Source: an uncultured Thermoplasmata archaeon (GTDB lineage Archaea > Thermoplasmatota > Thermoplasmata > Lutacidiplasmatales > UBA184). Taken from it: a stretch of DNA of 64,000 nucleotides. Shown piece after piece: positions 39,041 to 47,790 of the stretch. Position 1 is the stretch's first letter; every line of letters starts with the position of its first letter. A program made the translations under genes and the position numbers. The DNA lies in assembly GCA_963771555.1 (NCBI GenBank), contig CAVYTM010000001.1, forward strand, positions 332,859-396,858, in the 5' to 3' direction. The notes under the pieces were generated by a model. It saw only the letters and a program-made list of their open reading frames with translations, had not been told where the DNA came from and made no database searches.

Positions 39041-40861
39041 TCAATCGTACCGGTATCGCTCGACCGCTCGGCGGTAAAGAGGCTTCCATATGACTTCGTT
39101 GATTGTGATGACGGCTGCGATCAGCGCGAACAGCGCCGCCACCATGAGCGGATACCCTCCGTTTCCCGACTCGGCGTAGCCGAGGTCGATCAGCTGACCC
39201 ACCCCGAGCACGCTGAGGGACGGGCCGGTAGTGCCGACCTTGAGATACTCGGCAACGATCAGAGTGTTCCACCCTCCTCCAAAGGCGGTGATCGAACCGG
39301 TGATGAGCGCGGTGAACACCCCGGGGACTAGGACGCGCCGCCACAATTTTCGCCCCTTGAGCCCGAACGACCGAGCGGCCTCCTCGAGGTCCGGAGGTAT
39401 CGCGCGGATCCCCGAGAGCAGGTTGAAGAAGAGATACCAGATCATCCCCGTCATGAGCATGAGGATCGCCGCGCCCTCCTCGCTGATGTAGGGGACCAGT
39501 TCGAAGATGATGACCGGGAAGAGCGCGGTCGCAGGGAAGGAAGCGACCACTTCAACGATCGGGAGGCCCACCCGCCGGGCGCGCGGACCGCGTGCGAGGG
39601 CGATCGCGAGCGGAAGAGCTATCGCGAGGCACAGGGCAAAGGCAACCACCAACCGGACGATCGAGAATCCCACGCCGAGCGGGATCTCCAACATCTGAGT
39701 GCGCACCGAGGGCATGATCGTGCCGCTGAACACCGTGTAGACGGCCACGACGATGGCGATGAGCATCAACCAGACCAGGACCAAGATCGTTCCGAGCGAT
39801 AGGTGGTAAATGACCGCTTGACGTCGGGCGTTGGCCCGGCGGCTCGGCCGGACCGTGATCGCTGCCAGCTGGACGAGCGGCGTGCTCAGCCGGGAAACAC
39901 CGGTCCGTACCCCACGGGTCACGTAGGATGCCGCTCGGCGGAATCGACCCGAGCTGCCCGCCGGCATGATCAGCTCCCCTTCCCCCGACGGCGCTTGGTC
40001 GAATCGGAATCGTTCGGCGTAGTGACCGAGCGGTCGCCACAGCACGAAATCGAGCAGCGCGATGACAACGACGAGGACGATGAGGCCCGCGATGAACTTC
40101 TCACTGTTGTGCGCGCTCGCAGCAAAGGAGAGGAAGCTACCGATCCCTGGTAGCGCCGCTCCGTTGGTGGTAAAGATCTCGGCTTCGACGAGGAAGAACC
40201 AGCCCCCCGTCCACGATAGGACGGAGTTGTAAACCAATCGATTCACGGTGGCGGGGAAGAGCAGTCGACGGAACCGGAGCCATCCACTGAGCCGGAACGT
40301 GTCGGCCGCTTCGCGAAGGTCGGAGGGGACCGTCTTCAGCGATTCGTAGACACCGAAGACCATGTTCCACGACATCGATGTGAAAATCAGGATCACCGAA
40401 GCGAGGTTGGGGCCGAACCCCGACGGCTGGAGATTGTACAGAACGAGGACCACGACCGGGAAGAACCCGAGGATGGGTACTGATTGGAGAATGTCGAGGA
40501 CCGGGATCATGACGCGCTCTCCCGTGTGGTGCGTGGCGGCGTAATATCCGTACGAGAGAGCGAACACGAGAGAGAGGAGGTACGCCGCCGACATCCGCAG
40601 GAACGAATACGAGACATCGATCGTCGCGGTCGGCAGGTAGCCCGCGAGGCCGGCTGCGGTAAAGCCCGGGTCCGAGGCCGCGAGCAGTCCGATCGCCGCC
40701 GGAACCGCGAGATAGAGCAGGGTGGCCGGGCGGCTCCACCGAATCGGGGTCGCCCCCGCCTGTAGTTGGTTCCCCGGGGCTGAGCTACGGCTGACCGTTT
40801 CGGCGGTGGGAATGGCGGTTGACGTTTGATCGATCGGGCGGATCGTCCCTTCCCCCACCAT
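39041..40861 (-). CDS. ABC transporter permease with two fused permease domains (NitT/TauT family)
   Basis: Two EAA-loop regions are present (LREAADTFRLSGWLRFRRLLFP and LEEAARSFGLKGRKLWRRVLVP). I chose the start at ATG 40861 so that the CDS does not overlap tRNA-Gln. Confidence 0.85.
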   Translation of the reverse strand: MVGEGTIRPIDQTSTAIPTAETVSRSSAPGNQLQAGATPIRWSRPATLLYLAVPAAIGLLAASDPGFTAAGLAGYLPTATIDVSYSFLRMSAAYLLSLVFALSYGYYAATHHTGERVMIPVLDILQSVPILGFFPVVVLVLYNLQPSGFGPNLASVILIFTSMSWNMVFGVYESLKTVPSDLREAADTFRLSGWLRFRRLLFPATVNRLVYNSVLSWTGGWFFLVEAEIFTTNGAALPGIGSFLSFAASAHNSEKFIAGLIVLVVVIALLDFVLWRPLGHYAERFRFDQAPSGEGELIMPAGSSGRFRRAASYVTRGVRTGVSRLSTPLVQLAAITVRPSRRANARRQAVIYHLSLGTILVLVWLMLIAIVVAVYTVFSGTIMPSVRTQMLEIPLGVGFSIVRLVVAFALCLAIALPLAIALARGPRARRVGLPIVEVVASFPATALFPVIIFELVPYISEEGAAILMLMTGMIWYLFFNLLSGIRAIPPDLEEAARSFGLKGRKLWRRVLVPGVFTALITGSITAFGGGWNTLIVAEYLKVGTTGPSLSVLGVGQLIDLGYAESGNGGYPLMVAALFALIAAVITINEVIWKPLYRRAVERYRYD

Positions 40862-40995
40862 GCGGCCCCCCGGGCATGGACGGGCGAGGGACTGCCCCTG
40901 TCTATTTGTGTCGTGTGGTCGAACTCGGGGTCCCGGCGGTCCGGAGCTTCGCCTCGCGGCAACGTTTATCAACGACCCGAATCTGGCATTTCCGT

Positions 40996-41102
40996 AGCCC
41001 CGTGGTGTAGTGGCCAATCATGCGAGACTCTGGATCTCGCGACGCAGGTTCGAACGCCGCGGAGGTTGAATTCCCCGACGGCCGAAACTCCTGCCGGGGC
41101 TA
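40996..41102 (+). tRNA. tRNA-Gln (anticodon CUG) containing a 34-nt intron in the T-loop, no encoded CCA
   Basis: Acceptor AGCCCCG/CGGGGCU with discriminator A, anticodon loop CUCUGGA, T-stem GCAGG/CCUGC. The T-loop UUCGAA|U is interrupted by 41055-41088. Confidence 0.85.
41055..41088 (+). other. tRNA intron at position 59/60, bounded by a bulge-helix-bulge motif
   Basis: The central helix is UUCG/CGAA. The 3-nt bulges are AAC (41053-55) and ACU (41087-89). The inner helix is GCCG/CGGC. Confidence 0.8.
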
Positions 41103-41314
41103 CTCTTCGGGTCGCTTGATTCTCCCCGTGCGGGGGTGCTCCAGCTCGGCCAATCCGTCCGACCTGTTCGACGGGGCCACCGAGGCAGGGCTTAGGACCC
41201 TGTTGCCTAGGGCATTCGCCGGTTCAAAGGGTGCGCCGGTCGCCACGACCGGCCGCCGGGAACTCCGGCCCCCCGCACTTCTCGGGAATCCGTAAGAGGT
41301 CCACGGGATCCTCG

Positions 41315-42205
41315 ATGCCGACCGTTCTCACGCCTTCCGAGATCCTGGGTCTCTCGGGGGCGGAGGCGAACGAACTGTTGGACCGCCTCGAGGGCGGTGT
41401 GCCCGTGTGCGGCCCCTGGGTCGAAATCCCCGACAGCACCGCGGACGAGGCGGTGGTGTTCGGCGACTCGCACGGAGACTGGAGGTCGACCGAGGAAGTG
41501 GTCCGGCGGTATCGCGCGGGGAACCGCTGCCTGATCGGCCTCGGCGATTACGTCGACCGAGCTCCCGACGATTGCGGCGCGGGGGCGGTCGCGAACGCGC
41601 TGTATCTCCTGGGCCTCGCGGCCGAGGCCCCCCAGCGAGTCTACCTTATCCAGGGGAATCACGAGTTGGTACATCGGATCCCCGCCGTTCCTCACGATCT
41701 GCCCGATGAGGTGGACGAACTGTGGGGACCGGATTCCACCCGATACGATCGCATCGTGGGGTTGCTCGAACGAGGTCCGCTCGCCGTCACCACCTCGAAC
41801 GGGGCGTACCTAGCGCACGCTGGGTTCCCGCGGGGTAAGCTTCCCCATCCGTGGACCGAGTCGCTCCGATCCGCGGACGACGAGCGCCTCGCCGAGATCA
41901 CGTGGGCGGAATGCGAAGCCTCGCGCATACGTCGAGGCGCCGCCCTCCCGTGGGGGTCCCGAGACCTCGATCACTTTCTGGAAGCGACCGGCCTTCGGAT
42001 GTTCCTGCGGGGGCACGACCCGGACCTGACCGGAAGACCGCTCTACGGCGGGCGATGTCTCACGCTCCACACGTCGCGGATCTACGAACGGTACGGTGGC
42101 GTGATTGTTGCGTTTCTCCCTCTCCGCTCCCCCCTATCGACGGTGACCGACCTGATCGTCGAGCATCTCCCGACCGAGGGTCGGTCGTTCCCGGGCCCCG
42201 GGTGA
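41315..42205 (+). CDS. Metallophosphoesterase (PPP-type Ser/Thr phosphatase-like)
   Basis: GDSHGD, GDYVDRAPD and GNHE motifs are present. I chose the start at ATG 41315 in track ORF 41231..42205. Confidence 0.8.
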   Translation: MPTVLTPSEILGLSGAEANELLDRLEGGVPVCGPWVEIPDSTADEAVVFGDSHGDWRSTEEVVRRYRAGNRCLIGLGDYVDRAPDDCGAGAVANALYLLGLAAEAPQRVYLIQGNHELVHRIPAVPHDLPDEVDELWGPDSTRYDRIVGLLERGPLAVTTSNGAYLAHAGFPRGKLPHPWTESLRSADDERLAEITWAECEASRIRRGAALPWGSRDLDHFLEATGLRMFLRGHDPDLTGRPLYGGRCLTLHTSRIYERYGGVIVAFLPLRSPLSTVTDLIVEHLPTEGRSFPGPG

Positions 42206-42328
42206 TTTCGGCCCCGCCTTCCCCACCGACCGTTCGCCGGCGAGCGTCAAGCGGGATTGACGTGGTCCGTCGGTTCGAACCGCGGTGAGATAACGGCTCG
42301 TCCGATTTCATCGCAGGTCCGTCGTCGC

Positions 42329-45028
42329 ATGAGCACGAACGACGCCGTTCCCCCGCCGGCCGAAGCGCCCGAGACACCGGTTCCCGTCTTCGAAAGACCT
42401 CCCGCGGTCGTTCGGTTCTTTGACGCCACCGAAGAGGCGATCCGCTCGCGTCTCGCGAAACTGACCTTCTTCCAAAGGGTGTTCCAGCTCGACCGCGACT
42501 GGATGACCCGCATCACCATGCTGATGGTGGTCGCGTCGGTCTTCTGGGGGATCGTCGGCGCCTTCGACATCTTCGGGTTCGAGACGCAGGTCACGGCGTT
42601 CGCGCTGGGCCAATCCCTGCATCTCTCGAACCAGGAGATCTACTCCTCGCTCACCCTGCACGGGATACGCATGCTGTTCGGGTTCGCCCAGCAGCTCGAG
42701 CTCGCGCTCTTCGGGATCATCTTCGTCACGGCGTTCGGATTGGTCCCGCGCCACAAGTGGGCCTACTACCTGTCGGTGCTCCTCGTGAACCTCAGCATGA
42801 TCCTCATGGAGGGCCCATTCTACCTGTTCCCGCAGTTCAACGACAATTACTTCCCGGCGCTCGGATGGTACTTTTATTCGCCGCTCGGGATCCGGGGCCT
42901 CTCGTCGTACGTTGCGAGCCCGCTCTGGTACATCGGCTGGATCGCCCTGTGCGTCGGTGTCATTCTCTGGGCGGCTTGGATGCTCCTCCACTTCGCCGAC
43001 TGGTGGCGGAGCCACCGCGGGCAGGTCCGACGGATACCTCCGTTCGCGCTCTTCGTCCTCGCGACGGTCATCCTGATCCCTGTCTCCTACGTCACGGTCC
43101 TCGCCTCTTCGGCCTGGGACCTCGTCAACTACTTTGGGGTCGGCCCGGTAGACCCACTCGCGAACCAGGTACTCTTCTGGTTCTTCGGCCACGGGGTCGT
43201 CTACATCCTCTTCCTGATCCCGATCACGGCGTTCTACTTCCTCATCCCGATCTTCGCGAAGCGTCCGGTCTACAGCTACCGTGCCGCATTCGCCGCCGCG
43301 GTGATCTTCACGATCCTCACTCCGGTCCTGTCGATCCACCACCTCTACCTCACTCCCGTCCCGCCGTGGTCCGCCTGGCTCACGATGGCCCTGACGTTCC
43401 TGATCATCATTCCCTCGGCGATCACGTTCTTCACGGTTTGGATGACCACGAAGGGCGTGAAGAGGGGGGAATGGCAGTGGAACGCCGTCACGTTGTTCCT
43501 GCTGCTCTCGTTCGCCGGCACGATGGCGGGTGGACTTACCGGGCCCGACAACAACTCGCTCGCGTTCGACATCGACCTCCACAACACGATGTTCATCGTC
43601 AGCCACTTCCATGCGATCGCGCTCCTCTCGATCGCCGCGGGCGGGTTCGCGGTGGTCTATGCGGCGTTCCCGCTGCTCGCCGGACGTTTGTGGTACTCCC
43701 CCCGGCTCGCTCGGGCCCACTTCGTTTCGACCGCGATCGGATGGGTCGGCCTGGTCTTTTTCATGGACCTCTTGGGCTCCGACGGGATCCTCCGACGGTC
43801 CCTGATCTTCCCGCTCACGAATGCCGTCGTGAACGACCAGGTCTGGCTCATGGTCTTCGTCATCATCTCGATCGGAGCCCAACTCTTCTTCGTGGCCAAC
43901 GTTCTTCTGACGTTGTTCAAGGGCGAGGTCCTCACCGTCCAGGGACTTTCGCTCGACGAGATCGTGCGAAAGATGGCGCAATCGACGCATCCGCAACCGA
44001 CCGTGCCGATCTCGGACGCGAAGTTCGAGCGTCACGCTCCGCGCGCAAAGCGCGAGGGGGCCGAGCGCACCTGGATCACGGTGGTCGTCGTACTGATCCT
44101 CGGCGTCCTGGTCGCCACTTCACCGCTGACCATTTCCGATTCCACGATGATCGGCACGCCCTCGGACCCTCCCGCCGGGAGCGAGTACTTCAATCTCGTG
44201 AACTACCAGTACTACTGGGGCGTTCAGGAGAACGGTCCGATCCACGGTTCGTACGCCGATGTGATGGTGGTTCACGCGGGACAGTGGGTGGCGGTGAACG
44301 CCACCGCCTCGGGAGCGACCGGCGGTTTCTACCTGCCGTTCCGCAATCTTCCCACGGTCGACATTCAAGTGATCCCCGACGCGATGTCCTACTGGCTCTT
44401 CCAGGCACCTTCGGTTCCCGGGGTCTACGCCGCGCCGGATTCCGAATACAACGGGCCGTGGTTTGGCCAAGACGTGGCCGCGCTGGTCGTGTTACCGGCG
44501 AGCGGCACGTCGACCCTCGCCCAGTATCTGTCGAACGGAGGCGAAGGGGACATCTACGACCCTCCGGTGATGGCGGCGAACGGGGCCTTCCTGATCGTGG
44601 ACCAGGAAGGTCTCTTCGACAACTCGGTCCCGGGCCCCACCCTCACCGCCACCCCGGGAAGCGTTTCGTTCCAGTACTACATTCCAACGTCCAGCATCGG
44701 GGTCGATAGTTACCTCGTGAACGTGACCACGAACGACCCGAACGGGCAGCTGAACTACCTCGCCGCGCACAACGACACCCTCCCGTACCGGCTCGGGATC
44801 TACGCGATCAACACGACCGGCGCTAACCTGGTCCCGGTCACCACGATGCCGCTGCGGGTCGGCCCGGTCATGAACGAGTCCGCGACGCTGCCCGCCGGCG
44901 TCTACGTGTACGGTCTCGTGAGCCCGATCCCGTACGTCTACAACCCGGCCGGCGAGTCGACCTGGATGACGGGCTCCGATACCGGGGAGATCATGGGCAT
45001 GTGGGGAATCCTGTGGGTGAGTCCGTGA
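42329..45028 (+). CDS. Heme-copper oxidase subunit I fused to an extra TM helix and a ~330-aa cysteine-free extracellular domain (cupredoxin-like, no CuA ligands)
   Basis: All six canonical His ligands are present: LTLHG, FWFFGHGVVY (also carrying the cross-link Tyr), SIHHLY and VSHFHA. The 13th TM is WITVVVVLILGVLVATS. The C-terminal domain has no Cys. Confidence 0.8.
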   Translation: MSTNDAVPPPAEAPETPVPVFERPPAVVRFFDATEEAIRSRLAKLTFFQRVFQLDRDWMTRITMLMVVASVFWGIVGAFDIFGFETQVTAFALGQSLHLSNQEIYSSLTLHGIRMLFGFAQQLELALFGIIFVTAFGLVPRHKWAYYLSVLLVNLSMILMEGPFYLFPQFNDNYFPALGWYFYSPLGIRGLSSYVASPLWYIGWIALCVGVILWAAWMLLHFADWWRSHRGQVRRIPPFALFVLATVILIPVSYVTVLASSAWDLVNYFGVGPVDPLANQVLFWFFGHGVVYILFLIPITAFYFLIPIFAKRPVYSYRAAFAAAVIFTILTPVLSIHHLYLTPVPPWSAWLTMALTFLIIIPSAITFFTVWMTTKGVKRGEWQWNAVTLFLLLSFAGTMAGGLTGPDNNSLAFDIDLHNTMFIVSHFHAIALLSIAAGGFAVVYAAFPLLAGRLWYSPRLARAHFVSTAIGWVGLVFFMDLLGSDGILRRSLIFPLTNAVVNDQVWLMVFVIISIGAQLFFVANVLLTLFKGEVLTVQGLSLDEIVRKMAQSTHPQPTVPISDAKFERHAPRAKREGAERTWITVVVVLILGVLVATSPLTISDSTMIGTPSDPPAGSEYFNLVNYQYYWGVQENGPIHGSYADVMVVHAGQWVAVNATASGATGGFYLPFRNLPTVDIQVIPDAMSYWLFQAPSVPGVYAAPDSEYNGPWFGQDVAALVVLPASGTSTLAQYLSNGGEGDIYDPPVMAANGAFLIVDQEGLFDNSVPGPTLTATPGSVSFQYYIPTSSIGVDSYLVNVTTNDPNGQLNYLAAHNDTLPYRLGIYAINTTGANLVPVTTMPLRVGPVMNESATLPAGVYVYGLVSPIPYVYNPAGESTWMTGSDTGEIMGMWGILWVSP

Positions 45029-45240
45029 GCTCGAGCGCCACGTCGGCGGAACGCGGGGTCACGCCGTTCGCCTGGTTCGGTGTCGCGATCATCGTCGGAA
45101 CGGTCTACGCGCTTTTCATGGGGCTCTCGTACTACAACACGCCCACGTTCACGACCGCGGCGCTTCCCACGATCGCGGGGGTCGCCGTCGCGGTCGTTGC
45201 CTTCCTCGTGATCGGGGTCTGGGCTCCGAGGAACGAGTGA
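45025..45240 (+). CDS. Small 2-TM membrane protein, a putative accessory subunit of the oxidase
   Basis: GTG 45025 overlaps the oxidase stop (GTGA). Two hydrophobic helices are FAWFGVAIIVGTVYALFMGL and LPTIAGVAVAVVAFLVIGVW. Confidence 0.5.
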   Translation: MSSSATSAERGVTPFAWFGVAIIVGTVYALFMGLSYYNTPTFTTAALPTIAGVAVAVVAFLVIGVWAPRNE

Positions 45241-45255
45241 GCTACCTCACCAGCG

Positions 45256-45831
45256 TCACGGCGACCCGAAGAGTTCCTTCTCTGCCACCGTGACCTCCGC
45301 GGGGCGCGCCGCCTGCCGGTACCGGTCGAGCCGGACCCGATTCACCTTCAGGAACTCTTCGCCTCCCGAGAACCCGGCGATCACCTGCGCCGCCGCCTCG
45401 GGGCGTCCGAGGAGGTAGAGCGCCGCGCAGAACGCTTCCACCGTGTTCAATTGAGCGACGCGACCGTAATGCTGCGGGTTCGTCGCGATGAGGACCGGGA
45501 GTCGTCGATGCCGCCCACGCGGGCGGTCCCCCCTCTCCACGCCCGGGAAGGTACCTCGGGACGCGAGGCGGTTCCACGAGCAATCGACGACGAGAAGTCC
45601 GCCGTCCTGCGCGGGCTCACGGTCAGCCCCGGAAAGCGGTGTCGGCGCATACGGGTCGAGGACGATCGGGGCGGGGGAACTCGCGTCCTCGCGTGGGACG
45701 CGGACGACCCGGCCCCAATGGACCAGGCGACGCCCGGTGCACGCCTTGGGGTGGTCCTCCCCCGCCAGAACGACGAACAGCCGGAGCGTCGCGTCAGGCC
45801 GGGGGTTGCGCGTACTCCCGGAAGATGGCAT
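45256..45831 (-). CDS. tsr3: 16S rRNA aminocarboxypropyltransferase Tsr3
   Basis: [20 protein letters not shown] and [32 protein letters not shown] fit Tsr3. Confidence 0.8.
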   Translation of the reverse strand: MPSSGSTRNPRPDATLRLFVVLAGEDHPKACTGRRLVHWGRVVRVPREDASSPAPIVLDPYAPTPLSGADREPAQDGGLLVVDCSWNRLASRGTFPGVERGDRPRGRHRRLPVLIATNPQHYGRVAQLNTVEAFCAALYLLGRPEAAAQVIAGFSGGEEFLKVNRVRLDRYRQAARPAEVTVAEKELFGSP

Positions 45832-46762
45832 GGAGTTCCCGGGTCAGTCGAAGCGCTTCGGCCCTGGGCCGTTGCCAAAGATTGCGCCCGAAGATGATCC
45901 CCGTCGCGCCGGCGTCCATCGAGGATCGGACCTTGCGCAGAAGATCGACATCGTCGACCTTCTCCCCGCCCGATACCAGCACGAGGGACCGGCCCGCGCT
46001 TTGCACGACCTTTCGGAAGGCTTCGGAGGGGGAGAGCCGGAGCGTGTTGTACGGCGGGGGGCTGTCCGCGTCCTTCTCGGAGGCAACCGGATAGTTCAGT
46101 TTCACCACGTCCGCTCCGAGTTCGTGGGCCACGCGCGCCGCGTAGTCGATCGCATAGAGGCTCTCCTTGCCTCCCTTCTTGCCGACCGCCTCGCCCCGGG
46201 GGTAGGCCCAGACGATGAGCGGCATTCCGAGGCGCTGGGCCTCTTTGCGGACCTCCGTGAACTGCAGAAAATCCCGGTCCTGCGCGGGCGAGCCGACGTA
46301 GACCGTGTAGCCGACGGCGTCCGCGCCCAGGCGAACCGCATCCTCGACCGTGCCCGTGAGGGGGCTGAAGGCCTGGGCATCCCCGGGAATGGTCGTCTTT
46401 CCGTTCAGTTTCAGGATGAGAGGTACATCCCCGGCATACTCGTGGAAGTACTTCTCCGCGAGGCCGATGTGGAGCGCGATGGCCGAGAACTTCCCCTCGC
46501 TCGCGAGGTCGTACTGGTATTGGGGGTCGAGCGCGTCGGGGTTCGAGAAGAAGTCGACCGGTCCGTGCTCGAGGCCTTGGTCGATCGGCAGGACGAGCAA
46601 TGTGCCGCCGCCCGGACCGTGCTGGTAAAGCAGCCGCTTCAGCCGAGTCAGCTTGCCGGGTCCGAGGCCGAGGCGACTGAGTGCAGGCCGGGGGTACCGG
46701 TGGGGGACGGGAGTCGGGAGGGTCGCACCGGACGCCGAGGGGGTGACGGAAGAATCGCTCAT
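45794..46762 (-). CDS. fbaB: Class I fructose-bisphosphate aldolase (FbaB/DhnA type, DeoC/LacD superfamily)
   Basis: [21 protein letters not shown] (Schiff-base Lys region), [10 protein letters not shown] and IVWAYPRG are present. I chose the start at ATG 46762. Confidence 0.8.
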   Translation of the reverse strand: MSDSSVTPSASGATLPTPVPHRYPRPALSRLGLGPGKLTRLKRLLYQHGPGGGTLLVLPIDQGLEHGPVDFFSNPDALDPQYQYDLASEGKFSAIALHIGLAEKYFHEYAGDVPLILKLNGKTTIPGDAQAFSPLTGTVEDAVRLGADAVGYTVYVGSPAQDRDFLQFTEVRKEAQRLGMPLIVWAYPRGEAVGKKGGKESLYAIDYAARVAHELGADVVKLNYPVASEKDADSPPPYNTLRLSPSEAFRKVVQSAGRSLVLVSGGEKVDDVDLLRKVRSSMDAGATGIIFGRNLWQRPRAEALRLTRELHAIFREYAQPPA

Positions 46763-46905
46763 CGGAACTCCTTTGGTCGAGCACGGGGCACCGCGATTTA
46801 ACGGTTGGTCTGGGGGGGTCATCCTCCGGCCGAATCCTCGCCTAGACAACCCTTTATGCGCCGTCCCTCCGTCCGCCGTTCGCTCGGGCGGAGACTTCGA
46901 GCATC

Positions 46906-47790
46906 ATGCGGTCCCAAGTCGTCATCATCGCGACCCTCCTTCTCAACGGAGCGCTCTTCGCGTTCAATCTCCTCGTCGCGCTCTCGTCGGGCAGCCGCGC
47001 GGTCCTCGCCCAAGCGATCTACGCCATCTCGGACCTGGTCGGGAGCGGCCTGCTCCTCTGGGGGCTCTACGCTTCGCGATTGCCCGCGGACTACCGGCAT
47101 CCGTTCGGGCGGGGCAAGGAGCGATTCTACTGGTCGCTCATGTCGATCGTCATCACGTTCACCGTCGCGGGCATCCTCGCGTTGACCACCGGCGTCGACC
47201 AGGTCACGAACCCGACTCCGATCTCGCATATCGGGGACGCTCTGCTCGTGGTGGGCGCGACCCTCGGCGTCAGTGCCGTCGGCATCATGGTAACGCTGCG
47301 GGAGGTCCGTCGCTCCCAGCAGACGCTGCAATCCCTCCTCGAATCCCGCCACATTGGGCTCAAGTCGATCTTCTACCAGGACGTGGTCTCCATTCTCGGA
47401 TGTCTCGTCGCGTTCTCCTCCCTCCTCATCGTCTACCGGACCCAGGCGTACGTCGCGGACGGAGCCGCGGCGATCATCGAAGGAGCGCTGCTCGTGATCA
47501 CGGGGCTGGTCCTGACCCTCGAGAGCCGCGGTCTTCTCATCGGCCAGGCCCTCGACCCGGGGGAGGCCCGGACGATCCTCAGCGTGGTCGAACGAGACCC
47601 TCGCGTCGCGAAGGTCCGCGCGCTTCAGTCGATGGTCCTCGGGCCGGAGGACGCGCTCCTCGCGCTACGGATCAATTTCCAGGACGGCCTGACCACCGAC
47701 CAGATGGAGGCCGCGATCGACCAGATCACGCTCGCCCTGAAGCAGAGCCATTCGGTCCTGCGGCACGTCATCATCGAGCCGGAATCGTAG
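46906..47790 (+). CDS. Cation diffusion facilitator (CDF) family transporter
   Basis: There are six TM helices. HPFGRGKERFYWSL and a C-terminal cytoplasmic domain are present. Confidence 0.85.
   Translation: MRSQVVIIATLLLNGALFAFNLLVALSSGSRAVLAQAIYAISDLVGSGLLLWGLYASRLPADYRHPFGRGKERFYWSLMSIVITFTVAGILALTTGVDQVTNPTPISHIGDALLVVGATLGVSAVGIMVTLREVRRSQQTLQSLLESRHIGLKSIFYQDVVSILGCLVAFSSLLIVYRTQAYVADGAAAIIEGALLVITGLVLTLESRGLLIGQALDPGEARTILSVVERDPRVAKVRALQSMVLGPEDALLALRINFQDGLTTDQMEAAIDQITLALKQSHSVLRHVIIEPES

Noticed and set aside
42308-44035. Very long antisense or overlapping ORFs appear in the track, for example 42308..44035 (575 aa), 34049..35935 (628 aa), 34303..36189 (628 aa), 23387..24694 (435 aa), 45447..46784 (445 aa) and 9267..10628 (453 aa).
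   Set aside because: They are extremely Arg/Pro/Gly/Asp-rich and have no recognisable motifs. They lie opposite to, or out of frame with, strongly supported genes. This is typical stop-codon-poor noise in high-GC DNA.
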